Below are positions 1 to 9,139 of a stretch of DNA of 62,981 bases, piece after piece. The notes under the pieces were generated by a model. That model saw only the letters and a program-made list of their open reading frames with translations, was not told the origin of the DNA and did no database searches. Every line of letters starts with the position of its first letter. Position 1 is the first letter of the stretch. Location: NCBI GenBank assembly GCA_045110355.1, contig JBGCFZ010000282.1:1-62981 (forward strand), written 5' to 3'. The position numbers and the translations under genes were made by a program. Origin of the DNA: Lewinella sp. GTDB taxonomy: Bacteria; Bacteroidota; Bacteroidia; Chitinophagales; Saprospiraceae.

Positions 1-1
1 T

Positions 2-1267
2 ACGGGCTTAATGGGAGGGCTTGGAGGTCGTTACATCGCAGCGGTAGGTATGGGAGCAATGGCGTTGAATTTCGTGTACTGGAATTTCGGCTTTCTGCGG
101 ATGAGCACCACTGGCATCACCGCCCAGGCTTATGGGAAGGAAGACGAAGAAGGGCAGATGCTCAGCTTGGTCCGGGCCGGAGGCCTGGCACTATTGTTGG
201 CAGGGTTATTGCTTTTGCTTCAATACCCTTTTGCAGAATTGATTCATTGGCTGCTGAACCTGCGGGTGGACCAGGTGGCACTGGTAGACGATTATTTTTA
301 CCTCCGCATCCTGGCAGCGCCAGCGGCGCTGTTGCAAATGGTCCTGTTCGGCTGGTTCTTCGGTCGGCAAAATGCCACTTTTCCTTTGGTCCTTACACTG
401 ATCGTTAATGTGGCGAACATGGCCTTGAGTTATTACCTGGTCCGGGCGCTGGGGTGGGGAATCAAAGGTGTCGCTCTGGGCACGGTGGCCGCACAGTACC
501 TGGGTTTAGTTATTGGTTTGTGCTTGTTGTGGTACGAATGCCAGCGCCACGCATTGCCCCTGAAAACAGCCCTTTTGCACCTGCGGCCGCGCCTGAGAAA
601 AGGGGGAAAGGGGAAAAGGGGAAAGGCAGGGCCAGAACTGCAAGAATTCTTGTCCATCAACCGCGACATCTTCATCCGCACGCTTTGCCTTACGCTCAGC
701 TTCGCCTTCTTTTACAACCGGGCCAATGCGCTGGATGTAGGCACCGCTGTGGTGGCCGCTAATGTCATTTTGTTGCAACTGGTCAACTGGCTGAGCTACG
801 GTGTTGACGGTTTCGCCTTCGCAGCGGAAAGTCTGGTTGGCCGCTTTCACGGTGCCGGGCAGCCGGAAAAATTACGACGCTTGCTTAAGTTACTGTTCGC
901 CTGGGGGATGGGGTTAGCAATACTTTATGCCCTGGTCTACGGCTTCGGGAATACCCATTTATTGGCCCTGTTCGCACCTGAAGACGCGGCCCCGGATACC
1001 TTGGTAGAAGCACTCCATTACCTGCCGATCGTTGTGGTATTTTGTATTTTGGCAACACCCTGTTATTTGCTCGATGGTATCTACGTCGGCCTCACGGCCG
1101 CTCGCGCCATGCGGCAAACGATGCTGTTGGCTTTCGCCGGTTACCTATTTGCCTACTATCTGGTAGGCCAGTACTATGTTAACTGGGGCTTATGGGGCAG
1201 CCTGCTTTTTTTCATGGTGTTGCGGGCGGTGATGCAGGGGTGGTGGCTGTGGCGGGGGAAGGTTTAG
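2..1267 (+). CDS. MATE family efflux transporter (DinF-like), 5' end outside window
   Basis: Multi-TM protein with FGFLRMSTTGITAQAYG and DIFIRTLCL...AANVILLQ...SYGVDGFAFAAESLVG motifs; frame is open from the window start. Confidence 0.9.
   Translation, partial: TGLMGGLGGRYIAAVGMGAMALNFVYWNFGFLRMSTTGITAQAYGKEDEEGQMLSLVRAGGLALLLAGLLLLLQYPFAELIHWLLNLRVDQVALVDDYFYLRILAAPAALLQMVLFGWFFGRQNATFPLVLTLIVNVANMALSYYLVRALGWGIKGVALGTVAAQYLGLVIGLCLLWYECQRHALPLKTALLHLRPRLRKGGKGKRGKAGPELQEFLSINRDIFIRTLCLTLSFAFFYNRANALDVGTAVVAANVILLQLVNWLSYGVDGFAFAAESLVGRFHGAGQPEKLRRLLKLLFAWGMGLAILYALVYGFGNTHLLALFAPEDAAPDTLVEALHYLPIVVVFCILATPCYLLDGIYVGLTAARAMRQTMLLAFAGYLFAYYLVGQYYVNWGLWGSLLFFMVLRAVMQGWWLWRGKV
575..593 (-). 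repeat. REP-like repeat (family 1) copy inside the MATE CDS
   Basis: ttgcacctgcggccgcgcc is the reverse complement of consensus GGCGCGGCCGCAGGTGCAA; followed by a GGGGAAAA-type purine run. Confidence 0.85.
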
Positions 1268-1413
1268 TGGTCAGTAACCAGGATTCAGTGGTCAGGAATC
1301 AGTATTTAGTGCTTAGGATTCAGGTTTCCGCAACGTGGTTCCCGAACCCTAAACCCTAAACCCTGACCACTGAATCCTGAACCCTAAACCCTGACCACTG
1401 AATCCTGAATCCT
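1262..1413. repeat. Inverted heptamer tandem array (AGGATTC/AGTGGTC arm versus GAATCCT/GACCACT/AAACCCT arm)
   Basis: 7-bp period visible directly; left and right arms are reverse complements. Confidence 0.85.
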
Positions 1414-1420
1414 ACCTTTA
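1413..1420 (+). promoter_or_regulatory. Bacteroidota -7 promoter-like box (TAccTTTA)
   Basis: Near match to TAnnTTTG, 4 nt before ATG 1425. Confidence 0.55.
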
Positions 1421-1424
1421 CCCC

Positions 1425-2528
1425 ATGTCATTAAGCCTCGCTGATTTCTTCATTATTGCTAGCATCCTTCAAGGGGTATGCATTGGGCTGACGATACTGA
1501 TCAGACCTGCTTACCAAAGCAAGGCCAACAACTATCTGGGGGCAAGTATTTTGCTGCTGAGTATTGTTTGCTTCCTGGGGTGGCAAAACTTCGGTTTTTT
1601 CTGGCTGGACTATCTGTGGTGGCATATTTGGGAATTGTTGGTGCCGGTTCCGATGTTTTATTACGTCTTACACGTATTGGACCACAGGTACCTGAAGGCA
1701 AAATGGCTGCCGTGGCTGTTTGTCCCGTTTGTAGTAAGTGTATCGGTAGGTATTTTCTTCGACCTCAGCTTTACGTTCAAGCTATTTGAATTGCCAATTT
1801 CGGCAGATGGGCCCGAGTATAAGTTGTACAATAAACTGGAAGATTCTATCTCCTTCTGGTTCAACGTATTTCTGATTGGCTGGGCCTTATTACTTGCCAG
1901 AGAAAGTAAGGGGCTGGTGCCGGAAAAAAGAAACTGGTTGATTCGTTTTATGGTTGCGATGCTAGTGGTGCTTGTCGTCTGGTACCTGTCGGTATTTGTT
2001 GGGGAGAGTTATGGTAGTGACCGGCCTGAGATTGCTATCTGGATCACCCTTTCAGCTTTTTTCTGGTGGATCTTTTACACGGGCGTTTATCAGCTACGTA
2101 TCCTGGACGACAAGGCAGAGATTCACGAAATCCTCAAAATACGTAAGCCCTCATTGGAGCGTGTAGCAACCGTGAATGAGCCGACGGAGGGTTATCCCGG
2201 GCAGTTGGCCCGATTGATGGAGGAAGAAGAGGTGTACCGCAATCCCGACCTCAGTCGAAATGTAATTGCCGAACGATTAGGCATAAGCGAAGGGTACCTC
2301 TCCCAGATCATCAACGGAAAGGTTGGTGAGAGTTTTGCCGACTACGTCAATGGCTTTCGCATCAATGCCGCCCGGGAAATGCTGACAGATCCAACTTTTG
2401 CGCCATATTCTCTTGAAGCAATCGGGATGGAGGCCGGATTTAGGTCCCGCAGTGTTTTCTACAGTACCTTTAAGAAAGCCACGGGAAGCACTCCTGGAGA
2501 TTACCGAAAAGCCCACAAAACGTCCTGA
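1425..2528 (+). CDS. Membrane-anchored AraC family transcriptional regulator
   Basis: Several N-terminal TM helices; C-terminal HTH YLSQIIN...F.DYVN.FRI..A...IGMEAGFRSRSVFYSTFKK.TG.TP..YR. Confidence 0.92.
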   Translation: MSLSLADFFIIASILQGVCIGLTILIRPAYQSKANNYLGASILLLSIVCFLGWQNFGFFWLDYLWWHIWELLVPVPMFYYVLHVLDHRYLKAKWLPWLFVPFVVSVSVGIFFDLSFTFKLFELPISADGPEYKLYNKLEDSISFWFNVFLIGWALLLARESKGLVPEKRNWLIRFMVAMLVVLVVWYLSVFVGESYGSDRPEIAIWITLSAFFWWIFYTGVYQLRILDDKAEIHEILKIRKPSLERVATVNEPTEGYPGQLARLMEEEEVYRNPDLSRNVIAERLGISEGYLSQIINGKVGESFADYVNGFRINAAREMLTDPTFAPYSLEAIGMEAGFRSRSVFYSTFKKATGSTPGDYRKAHKTS

Positions 2529-2636
2529 TTTCTTAGGTTTTAAGGATTCCGTACATGCGAGTAAGCTGATTTCTTGCGATGAAGTAGGAGCGTGCCGATG
2601 TTTGTCAACATCAAATAAGCGCTTTAATATTTATCA

Positions 2637-3422
2637 ATGCCACGCTACTTATTCTCAGCCCTGTTGCTCACTGTTTTTAGTAATCTTCCAGCGCAATCGT
2701 CCCCCGCTGAACCTATCTACCGTCATCAGCTTACCCTGACGGTTGGTGCTCACCACGGTTACGTAAAAGACCAGAATTTTTCTCCGTTAAATTATAAGGC
2801 CAGCGGGCTGCGCTTTGGCCTTGGCTACGGACGGACCACTAAATCTGGACACTTGTTGAGCGCAGAATTAGGACTGGGGCTAACCAAGTTGAAATCCCGG
2901 GCCTCCAAATATCATACAACTGAACGATACCTGATCGACCTTTCTCTGGGCTATCTACGGGCAGTAGGACCTGCAGAGGGAGACCGGCAGATCCGCCTTG
3001 GAGGCAAGTACCGAAGCTACATTGATGTTAGCATTTTTGAAGGAACGGAAGCGATTTCATTTTTTGCCCTTCATGGCTTTGAACTGGCGGGAGATGCCGC
3101 ATGGCGAACGGGAGATCGTCACCGGCTGAAGGTGGCCGGGTCTTTACCCGTCTTCGGCCTGTTGGTGCGACCGCCTTATACCGGTTGGGATAAGTTCATT
3201 AGCGATAACGATACCGCGCTGCTTCGGATACTGACCCGTGGGAAATGGACTTCCCTCAACGATTTTACCGGCCTCCGTGCCTCAATTGGTTGGGAGTATC
3301 GTTTCAACGAAAAGTGGACGATGGAAGCTGGCTATGGCCTGAGTTACTACAGTACCCAGCGTCTTGATCCCGTTCGTATCCTAAATAACCAGTTTACCGT
3401 TTCGGCCACACGCAAGTATTAG
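2637..3422 (+). CDS. Exported hypothetical protein, probable outer-membrane beta-barrel
   Basis: Signal peptide, amphipathic beta-strand pattern, terminal aromatic residue. Confidence 0.65.
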   Translation: MPRYLFSALLLTVFSNLPAQSSPAEPIYRHQLTLTVGAHHGYVKDQNFSPLNYKASGLRFGLGYGRTTKSGHLLSAELGLGLTKLKSRASKYHTTERYLIDLSLGYLRAVGPAEGDRQIRLGGKYRSYIDVSIFEGTEAISFFALHGFELAGDAAWRTGDRHRLKVAGSLPVFGLLVRPPYTGWDKFISDNDTALLRILTRGKWTSLNDFTGLRASIGWEYRFNEKWTMEAGYGLSYYSTQRLDPVRILNNQFTVSATRKY

Positions 3423-3493
3423 TAGTAAAAGCTTTAGGACTACGTCGCATCATTCTGGCACACCGACAATCTTCTCTCCACAAAAAAATAACA

Positions 3494-4531
3494 ATGAAAA
3501 AGCTAGTATTTCCCATCCTTCTTTTTGCGGCCCTGTTCATCAGTTGCCAAAAAATGATCCTCGGTGAAGACGAGGTGAATACCCCAAAAAACAATTTTGA
3601 TATTTTCTGGGAAGACTTTGATCGCCATTATGGTCTCTTTACTGTTCGGGAGTGGGACTGGGACAGTATCCGGACGGAATACGAAGGTAGGGTTGTGCCC
3701 GAAACGACCGACGAAGAACTGTTTTCCATTTTTAGTGAGATGATCGATTACCTGGATGACCGGCACACTTTTGTCTACTGGCCAGGCAGAAAGTTTTTTG
3801 CCTCTGGGGATGCCGGCCGGGATCAGGTTCGGGAAGAATTCAGCCTTGATCTGATTACGAATGATTACGTAGAGGTGAGAGACTCATCATCTCTCAATGG
3901 ATACCTCTACGGTGATTTTCGCGGGCGGGACATTGGTTACCTCCACCTTGCGGGCATCGACATGAGCGATCCTAATATCACGGATCGAATCCTAAGAGAC
4001 ATCGGCCACCACCAGGCCATCATTCTCGACTTGCGAAACAATACCGGAGGAGACGATAAAACAGGCGCAGAAATTGCCGGACGCTTTATTCAGGAAGAAA
4101 AATTATGCTACACGGTGCAGGAACGAAACGGACCGGAACATACTGATTTTGCTAGGAAGAAGGAATATTTTAGTCGGAGAATCGGTGTGGAGAATTTTAA
4201 CAGACCGGTGGTGGTATTGACTGATCAGGTAACCATCAGTGCGGGTGAGGTCATGCTGCTTTACCTCAAACCAATTCCGACGGTAACCCAGATTGGGGAC
4301 GTTACATCAGGCGATTTCTCCGACACGGGCATGCGCCGCTTCCTGCCCAATGGTATGCAGTACCGCTACTCAATAATGAAATTCCTGTTGCCCGACGGTA
4401 CAAGTCTTGATGGCATCGGGCACATTCCCGACATCTATGCCCGGAATTCGGTAGATGACATCGCTGCGGATAATGATGTGGTATTGGAACGGGCATTTAC
4501 TTTCTTGTTCGAAGAATATGGAATCCGTTAG
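3494..4531 (+). CDS. S41 family peptidase lipoprotein
   Basis: Lipobox FISC; IILDLRNNTGG; T.SAGE catalytic Ser motif; G.G..PD. Confidence 0.9.
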   Translation: MKKLVFPILLFAALFISCQKMILGEDEVNTPKNNFDIFWEDFDRHYGLFTVREWDWDSIRTEYEGRVVPETTDEELFSIFSEMIDYLDDRHTFVYWPGRKFFASGDAGRDQVREEFSLDLITNDYVEVRDSSSLNGYLYGDFRGRDIGYLHLAGIDMSDPNITDRILRDIGHHQAIILDLRNNTGGDDKTGAEIAGRFIQEEKLCYTVQERNGPEHTDFARKKEYFSRRIGVENFNRPVVVLTDQVTISAGEVMLLYLKPIPTVTQIGDVTSGDFSDTGMRRFLPNGMQYRYSIMKFLLPDGTSLDGIGHIPDIYARNSVDDIAADNDVVLERAFTFLFEEYGIR

Positions 4532-4545
4532 GGGCAGAATGATCA

Positions 4546-4564
4546 GGCGCGGCCGCAGGTGCAA
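4546..4564 (+). repeat. REP-like repeat (family 1)
   Basis: ggcgcggccgcaggtgcaa. Confidence 0.9.
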
Positions 4565-4569
4565 GGGAA

Positions 4570-4696
4570 GGTTGTAGGAATTAGTCTTCCGGACTAAGTC
4601 GTAGGATTTAGCGGTCAGCCCTCAGGAGGGGATGACTACTGAATCCTAAACGCTGAAAACTGATTTCTAATCCCTGAAACCTGCACCCTGAAACCT
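4570..4696. repeat. Degenerate inverted heptamer array
   Basis: aggatttagcggtcag versus ctgaatcctaaacgctgaaaactga...cctgaaacct. Confidence 0.6.
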
Positions 4697-4703
4697 ACCT
4701 TTG
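4696..4703 (+). promoter_or_regulatory. -7 promoter box TAccTTTG
   Basis: Exact TAnnTTTG, 4 nt before the cysQ ATG. Confidence 0.65.
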
Positions 4704-4707
4704 TCCC

Positions 4708-5511
4708 ATGACCGACTACCTGACACTTGCCGCCGAAGTAGGCGAGATCACCCGCCTCGCGGGTGCTGCCATTATGGACATCTACGCTACCGAAGATTTT
4801 GGCATTGAGCATAAAGCGGACGATAGTCCGCTTACCCGGGCTGATAAAGCCGCCAACGACGTCATCGTTGCTGGCCTCGAAGCACTTGATTTTAAAGCCC
4901 CCATCATCTCCGAAGAAGGCAAGGAAATAAGCTATGCTACCCGGTCACAATTTACCCGCTTCTGGCTGGTGGACCCCCTGGACGGAACCAAAGAGTTCAT
5001 CAAGCGCAACGGAGATTTTACCGTCAACATCGCGCTGGTGGAGAACGGGAAGCCCATCCTCGGAGCGGTTTATGTACCGGTGACCAATGAGTTGTTCTAC
5101 TCCGCTCCCGACCTGGGAGCCTGGGAAGTGAAGGAAGCTGGTGGTAAGCCCAGCCGCATCTTCGCTGCTGCTTTTACTTTGCAGGACGTAAACCTGCGGC
5201 TCGTCGCCAGCCGCAGCCACCTCAACCAGAAAACCCAGGATTTTATCGACCAGTTCGATCGCCCTGAATTGGTACAGCGCGGTAGCTCGCTCAAGATAAT
5301 GGAGCTGGCACGGGGAAACGCCCACATTTATCCCCGTCTGGCACCCACCATGGAATGGGACACCGGTGCCGCCCACGCCATCCTGTTGGAGGCTGGCGGT
5401 AAGTTGGTGGATGATGGTACCGGCAAAGAACTTCGGTACAACAAAGAATCTTTGCTCAACCCACACTTTATCGCCTACGGTAATGTGCGGGAGGAATTGT
5501 TAGCGTGTTAA
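4708..5511 (+). CDS. cysQ: 3'(2'),5'-bisphosphate nucleotidase CysQ
   Basis: K.D.SPLT.AD, ISEEG, FWLVDPLDGTKEFI, GSSLK, EWDTGAAHA. Confidence 0.95.
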   Translation: MTDYLTLAAEVGEITRLAGAAIMDIYATEDFGIEHKADDSPLTRADKAANDVIVAGLEALDFKAPIISEEGKEISYATRSQFTRFWLVDPLDGTKEFIKRNGDFTVNIALVENGKPILGAVYVPVTNELFYSAPDLGAWEVKEAGGKPSRIFAAAFTLQDVNLRLVASRSHLNQKTQDFIDQFDRPELVQRGSSLKIMELARGNAHIYPRLAPTMEWDTGAAHAILLEAGGKLVDDGTGKELRYNKESLLNPHFIAYGNVREELLAC

Positions 5512-5512
5512 G

Positions 5513-5950
5513 ATGAAATGGCCTATGCGGATAGAACCTCTGAAAACCGAGCACTTTGCCACCATTAGCCCATGGTTCGAGGATGCAGAAACCCAGCGTC
5601 GGCTGGGAGGTTTCTATCCCCTTCAAGAACAACTGCAAAGCCTGATTAGTGATCCAGATAAGCACGCCTGGCTGCTTTGGCAGGAAGAAATGCCCGTTGG
5701 GTTGATCGAGCTGGAAAAAGAAAAGAATACTGCACACGTATTGATCTTGGTTGCTCCTGATAAAAGAGGGCAAGGGCTTGGACATAAATTGGTGACAGTG
5801 TTACCACCGCTTGCAAGAAAGATGGGTACCCAAACCCTTCGTGCTTGTGTTGCCACTAGTGGCGTGGCTTCCCGCCGCTGTTTTCTGGCCGCCGGTTATG
5901 CTGAGCAGGGAGAGGAAGATGGGTTCGTATGCTATGACCTGTCAGTCTAA
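5513..5950 (+). CDS. GNAT family acetyltransferase
   Basis: Motif A VAPDKRGQGLG; motif B ASRRCFLAAGY. Confidence 0.85.
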   Translation: MKWPMRIEPLKTEHFATISPWFEDAETQRRLGGFYPLQEQLQSLISDPDKHAWLLWQEEMPVGLIELEKEKNTAHVLILVAPDKRGQGLGHKLVTVLPPLARKMGTQTLRACVATSGVASRRCFLAAGYAEQGEEDGFVCYDLSV

Positions 5951-5989
5951 ACCCATTTCCGCAGAATACCGATCTTTGCAACCTGCAAC

Positions 5990-6754
5990 ATGAAACCACT
6001 CTCCATCATCTATACCACCTTCAACGAGCTCGATATCATCGAACGCTCGCTGGAGAGCGTGGCCGACTGGTCGGATGACCTGGTGGTAGTCGATAGTTTC
6101 AGCACCGACGGCACGGCCGAGCTGCTGGAGGCCCGGGAGGACGTCATTCTCCGCCAGCGGAAATACGTAGGCCCTTCCGATCAGAAGAATTGGGCCATTG
6201 AGCAGGCCAAACACGAATGGATCCTTCTGCTTGACGCCGACGAACTAGTGACACCGGAACTACGAGCAGAAATCAATACCCTACTGGCATTGGGTACCAT
6301 TCCCCAGGACGCCTACTGGATTGGCCGCGACAACCACTTCATGGGGAAACGGATGTACCACACTGGCCTGGCCGGGGATAAGGTCATCCGTTTCTTTCAC
6401 CGGGACCGCTGCCGGTACAACACTAAGCAAGTCCACGAAGAGATCGAGACGGAAGGCATCAGCGTTGGCCGGTTGAAGGGCCGGATGAATCACTTCACCT
6501 TTAAGGACTTCGATCATTTCCTGGACAAAACCCGTCGCTACGCTAAATGGTCGGCGCAGGATTATGGTCCCAAAACGCCTAGGGTAGGGCTGTACCACCT
6601 TTTCGTGAAACCCTTGTACCGCTTCTTTAAGCACTACGTTATGCAGGGTGGTTTCCGGGATGGTAAGGAAGGATTGATCATGAGCGCGGTATTGGCCTGG
6701 GGGGTGTTTTTACGGTATGGGTATATGCTGGCGGGACGAATCATTGCAACCTAA
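5990..6754 (+). CDS. Glycosyltransferase family 2 (LPS beta-1,4-glucosyltransferase-like)
   Basis: VVDSFSTDGT, WILLLDADE, VHE motifs. Confidence 0.92.
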   Translation: MKPLSIIYTTFNELDIIERSLESVADWSDDLVVVDSFSTDGTAELLEAREDVILRQRKYVGPSDQKNWAIEQAKHEWILLLDADELVTPELRAEINTLLALGTIPQDAYWIGRDNHFMGKRMYHTGLAGDKVIRFFHRDRCRYNTKQVHEEIETEGISVGRLKGRMNHFTFKDFDHFLDKTRRYAKWSAQDYGPKTPRVGLYHLFVKPLYRFFKHYVMQGGFRDGKEGLIMSAVLAWGVFLRYGYMLAGRIIAT

Positions 6755-6796
6755 GCCCACAATGCCCATCTTTGCGAAAATTCAACTTCCCCAGTT

Positions 6797-8044
6797 TTGT
6801 CACACCCTCAGATCACGATCATTGGCGCCGGCGCAGCCGGCCTCGTCGCCGCCATTGAATTAGAACGAGCGGGCCATCGTCCGCTCCTGCTCGAAGCCGC
6901 CGACCGCGTCGGCGGGCGCCTAAAGACGGATGTAGTCGAAGACTTTCTCCTTGACCGGGGCTTTCAGGTCCTGTTAACGGAGTATCCTGAAGTAAAGCGT
7001 TACCTCGATCTGGAGGCGCTGAAGGTGAAAGCTTTTAGGCCCGGCGGGCACGTCCATACCCGCCAGTTGAATTTTCGCTTTGCGGATCCGATGCGGGAGC
7101 CGGCGCAGATTGTCCGATCCACCCTTTCACCAATTGGGACCTTGTCAGACAAGATTAAGCTGGCCCGGCTGGGGCTTAAGCTTCGGGCTTATTCCGTTGA
7201 AGATTGCTTTAGTAAGTCCTATAAAGAGCAGCCAACAATTGACTACCTCTGGTCATTGGGGTTCAGCGAGCAGATCGTGGAGCGATTCTTCCGGCCGTTC
7301 TTTGGCGGCATTTTCCTGGAACAGGAACTACGGACGCCGGCCGCACTCTTTCGATTCATCTTTAAGATGTTCGGCCATGGGGGGGCGGCACTGCCAGCAG
7401 ATGGCATTGAAGCGGTTGCTAAACAACTTGCGGGGCAACTGAAGCAAACAGAAATTCGCTGTAATACTCCCGTTTCCGGCGTAGCCGGTAACGTTGTTAC
7501 ACTGGCAGACGGCACGGAAATTGTCTCTCCGGGTGGCGTCATTATTGCTTGTCCTCCGGAAAAGCTGCTGCCGCAAATGACTGGCACATCCGTTGCCTGG
7601 AAGTCGACGACCAACCTGTATTTCTACAGCAGTCGTCGGCTGAAGGAAAATCGGCTCATCAACCTGGTTTCTGACCCTACCAGCCTGATCAATACTTATG
7701 CGGTCCTCGACGAGGTAGCCCCTTCCTATAAACTTAAAGGGCAGGGCGGGTCGCTGATCTCCGTAACGCTTCGGGAGGCCATCACCCGTGACAGCCAAAT
7801 TGGACAGGCAGAGCAAGATCTGCTACGACACAGCAGATTGGGCAACGATAGCCTCCGTTTTTTGCATCGGTACGATGTTAAGCATGCCTTGCCTGATCAG
7901 CAACACGTTACTTACACCTATGATCCTTCTCACGCCCGCCTGGCAGACCGGATTTTTCTGGCCGGAGACCACCAGCTCAATGGATCGCTGGACGCTGCCA
8001 TGCGCAGTGGACGCCTGGCAGCACTCGGGCTACTTAATGCTTGA
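6797..8044 (+). CDS. FAD-dependent oxidoreductase (amine oxidase/phytoene dehydrogenase-like)
   Basis: IIGAGAAGL...EAADRVGGR, DRGFQVLLTEYP, LAGD...GSLDAAMRSGRLAA. Confidence 0.9.
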   Translation: MSHPQITIIGAGAAGLVAAIELERAGHRPLLLEAADRVGGRLKTDVVEDFLLDRGFQVLLTEYPEVKRYLDLEALKVKAFRPGGHVHTRQLNFRFADPMREPAQIVRSTLSPIGTLSDKIKLARLGLKLRAYSVEDCFSKSYKEQPTIDYLWSLGFSEQIVERFFRPFFGGIFLEQELRTPAALFRFIFKMFGHGGAALPADGIEAVAKQLAGQLKQTEIRCNTPVSGVAGNVVTLADGTEIVSPGGVIIACPPEKLLPQMTGTSVAWKSTTNLYFYSSRRLKENRLINLVSDPTSLINTYAVLDEVAPSYKLKGQGGSLISVTLREAITRDSQIGQAEQDLLRHSRLGNDSLRFLHRYDVKHALPDQQHVTYTYDPSHARLADRIFLAGDHQLNGSLDAAMRSGRLAALGLLNA

Positions 8045-8170
8045 TTGGTGATTCATGATTGGTGATGCATGATTACGAATTATGGTGAATCGAGGCCTAA
8101 CTTAGCGAGTGAGGAACCCACAATCAACAGTCATCAATCAGCAATTAAGAATTAACCATTAAGAATCAAC
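8042..8170. repeat. Inverted heptamer array (TGATTGG/TGATTCA versus AATCAAC/AATTAAG)
   Basis: 7-bp periodicity with complementary arms. Confidence 0.65.
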
Positions 8171-8661
8171 TGTCAACCACCTGGCTGCATACCAGTTTCG
8201 GAATCTTTCAACTCTCCGCCACGGAAGCGGGATTGACGGAAACCCGGATCACAGATATTGATGTGCCTGAATCGATACCGCCGCCAACCAACCGCCATTT
8301 GCGCGCTGCTGTTAGTCAGCTGAAGGCGTATTTTGCCGGTGAGTTGCGGGAGTTTGATCTGGCATTGGACTGGGGAGAGGCTACGCCCTTTCACCAGGCC
8401 GTCTGGACGGAGTTGTGCAACATCGAATACGGCCGTACCTGCAGCTATCAGCACATTGCTGATCGGGTAGGGGACCCCAAGGCAAGTCAGGCAGTGGGGC
8501 AAGCCAATCGCCGAAACCCCATCGCCATTATTGTGCCCTGCCATCGGGTCATTGCTAAGTCGGGCGACCTGCAGGGCTATTTTTATGGCCTTGATTTTAA
8601 ACGACGTTTACTAGCGTTGGAGAATCCGAAAAGTTTTGCGGAACAGGGGAGCCTTTTTTAG
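8170..8661 (+). CDS. ogt: Methylated-DNA--protein-cysteine methyltransferase; probable non-canonical start (CTG 8170)
   Basis: NPIAIIVPCHRV active site; the in-frame segment upstream of TTG 8233 (STTWLHTSFGIFQLSATEAG) matches the usual N-terminus. Confidence 0.9.
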   Translation: MSTTWLHTSFGIFQLSATEAGLTETRITDIDVPESIPPPTNRHLRAAVSQLKAYFAGELREFDLALDWGEATPFHQAVWTELCNIEYGRTCSYQHIADRVGDPKASQAVGQANRRNPIAIIVPCHRVIAKSGDLQGYFYGLDFKRRLLALENPKSFAEQGSLF

Positions 8662-8735
8662 TCAGGTAGTCAAACAGTCCGGTAGTCAGATAGTCAACGG
8701 AATATTGTTTGGCTCCCTGACTCGCCGACTGAAGA

Positions 8736-8827
8736 GGCGGGGCCGCAGGTGCAAAGAATTGGTTAAAGAAGCAAAGACCGTACGCTTACCCTGCTTTTTC
8801 AACTTTTTATGCACCTGCGGCCGCGCC
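8736..8827. repeat. Inverted pair of family-1 repeats (REPIN-like)
   Basis: ggcggggccgcaggtgcaaa (8736) and tgcacctgcggccgcgcc (8810-8827), with a partly complementary spacer. Confidence 0.88.
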
Positions 8828-9139
8828 TGAAAAAAAGCTGGTCGCATAATTGTATGCACCTTCCCGCCCTGTTTTTCTCATTTTTCCATTCCATTCCCCC
8901 CTTAATCGCGTATTTTTTGGCCAACGGACGAACTTTCACAATGTGAAGGTCAAAAACCAGCCCTAAATGTTCGTTATTTGCCCGCCAAGACGTAATGCTC
9001 GAACTCAACTGGTATCTTGGCGTTACTACTTTAATAGCTTTTTTGGACTTTTGCTCATCGTCCAAACTGGCGCTAATAGCAGTCAATTAAGATACCTGCT
9101 GAATAACTAAACTAATCCAAACCAACGCCCTTCGCCAAC

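Noticed and set aside
1341-1395. CCCTAAA units as plant telomere or contamination
   Set aside because: Only a few units within a mixed heptamer palindrome between ordinary bacterial genes
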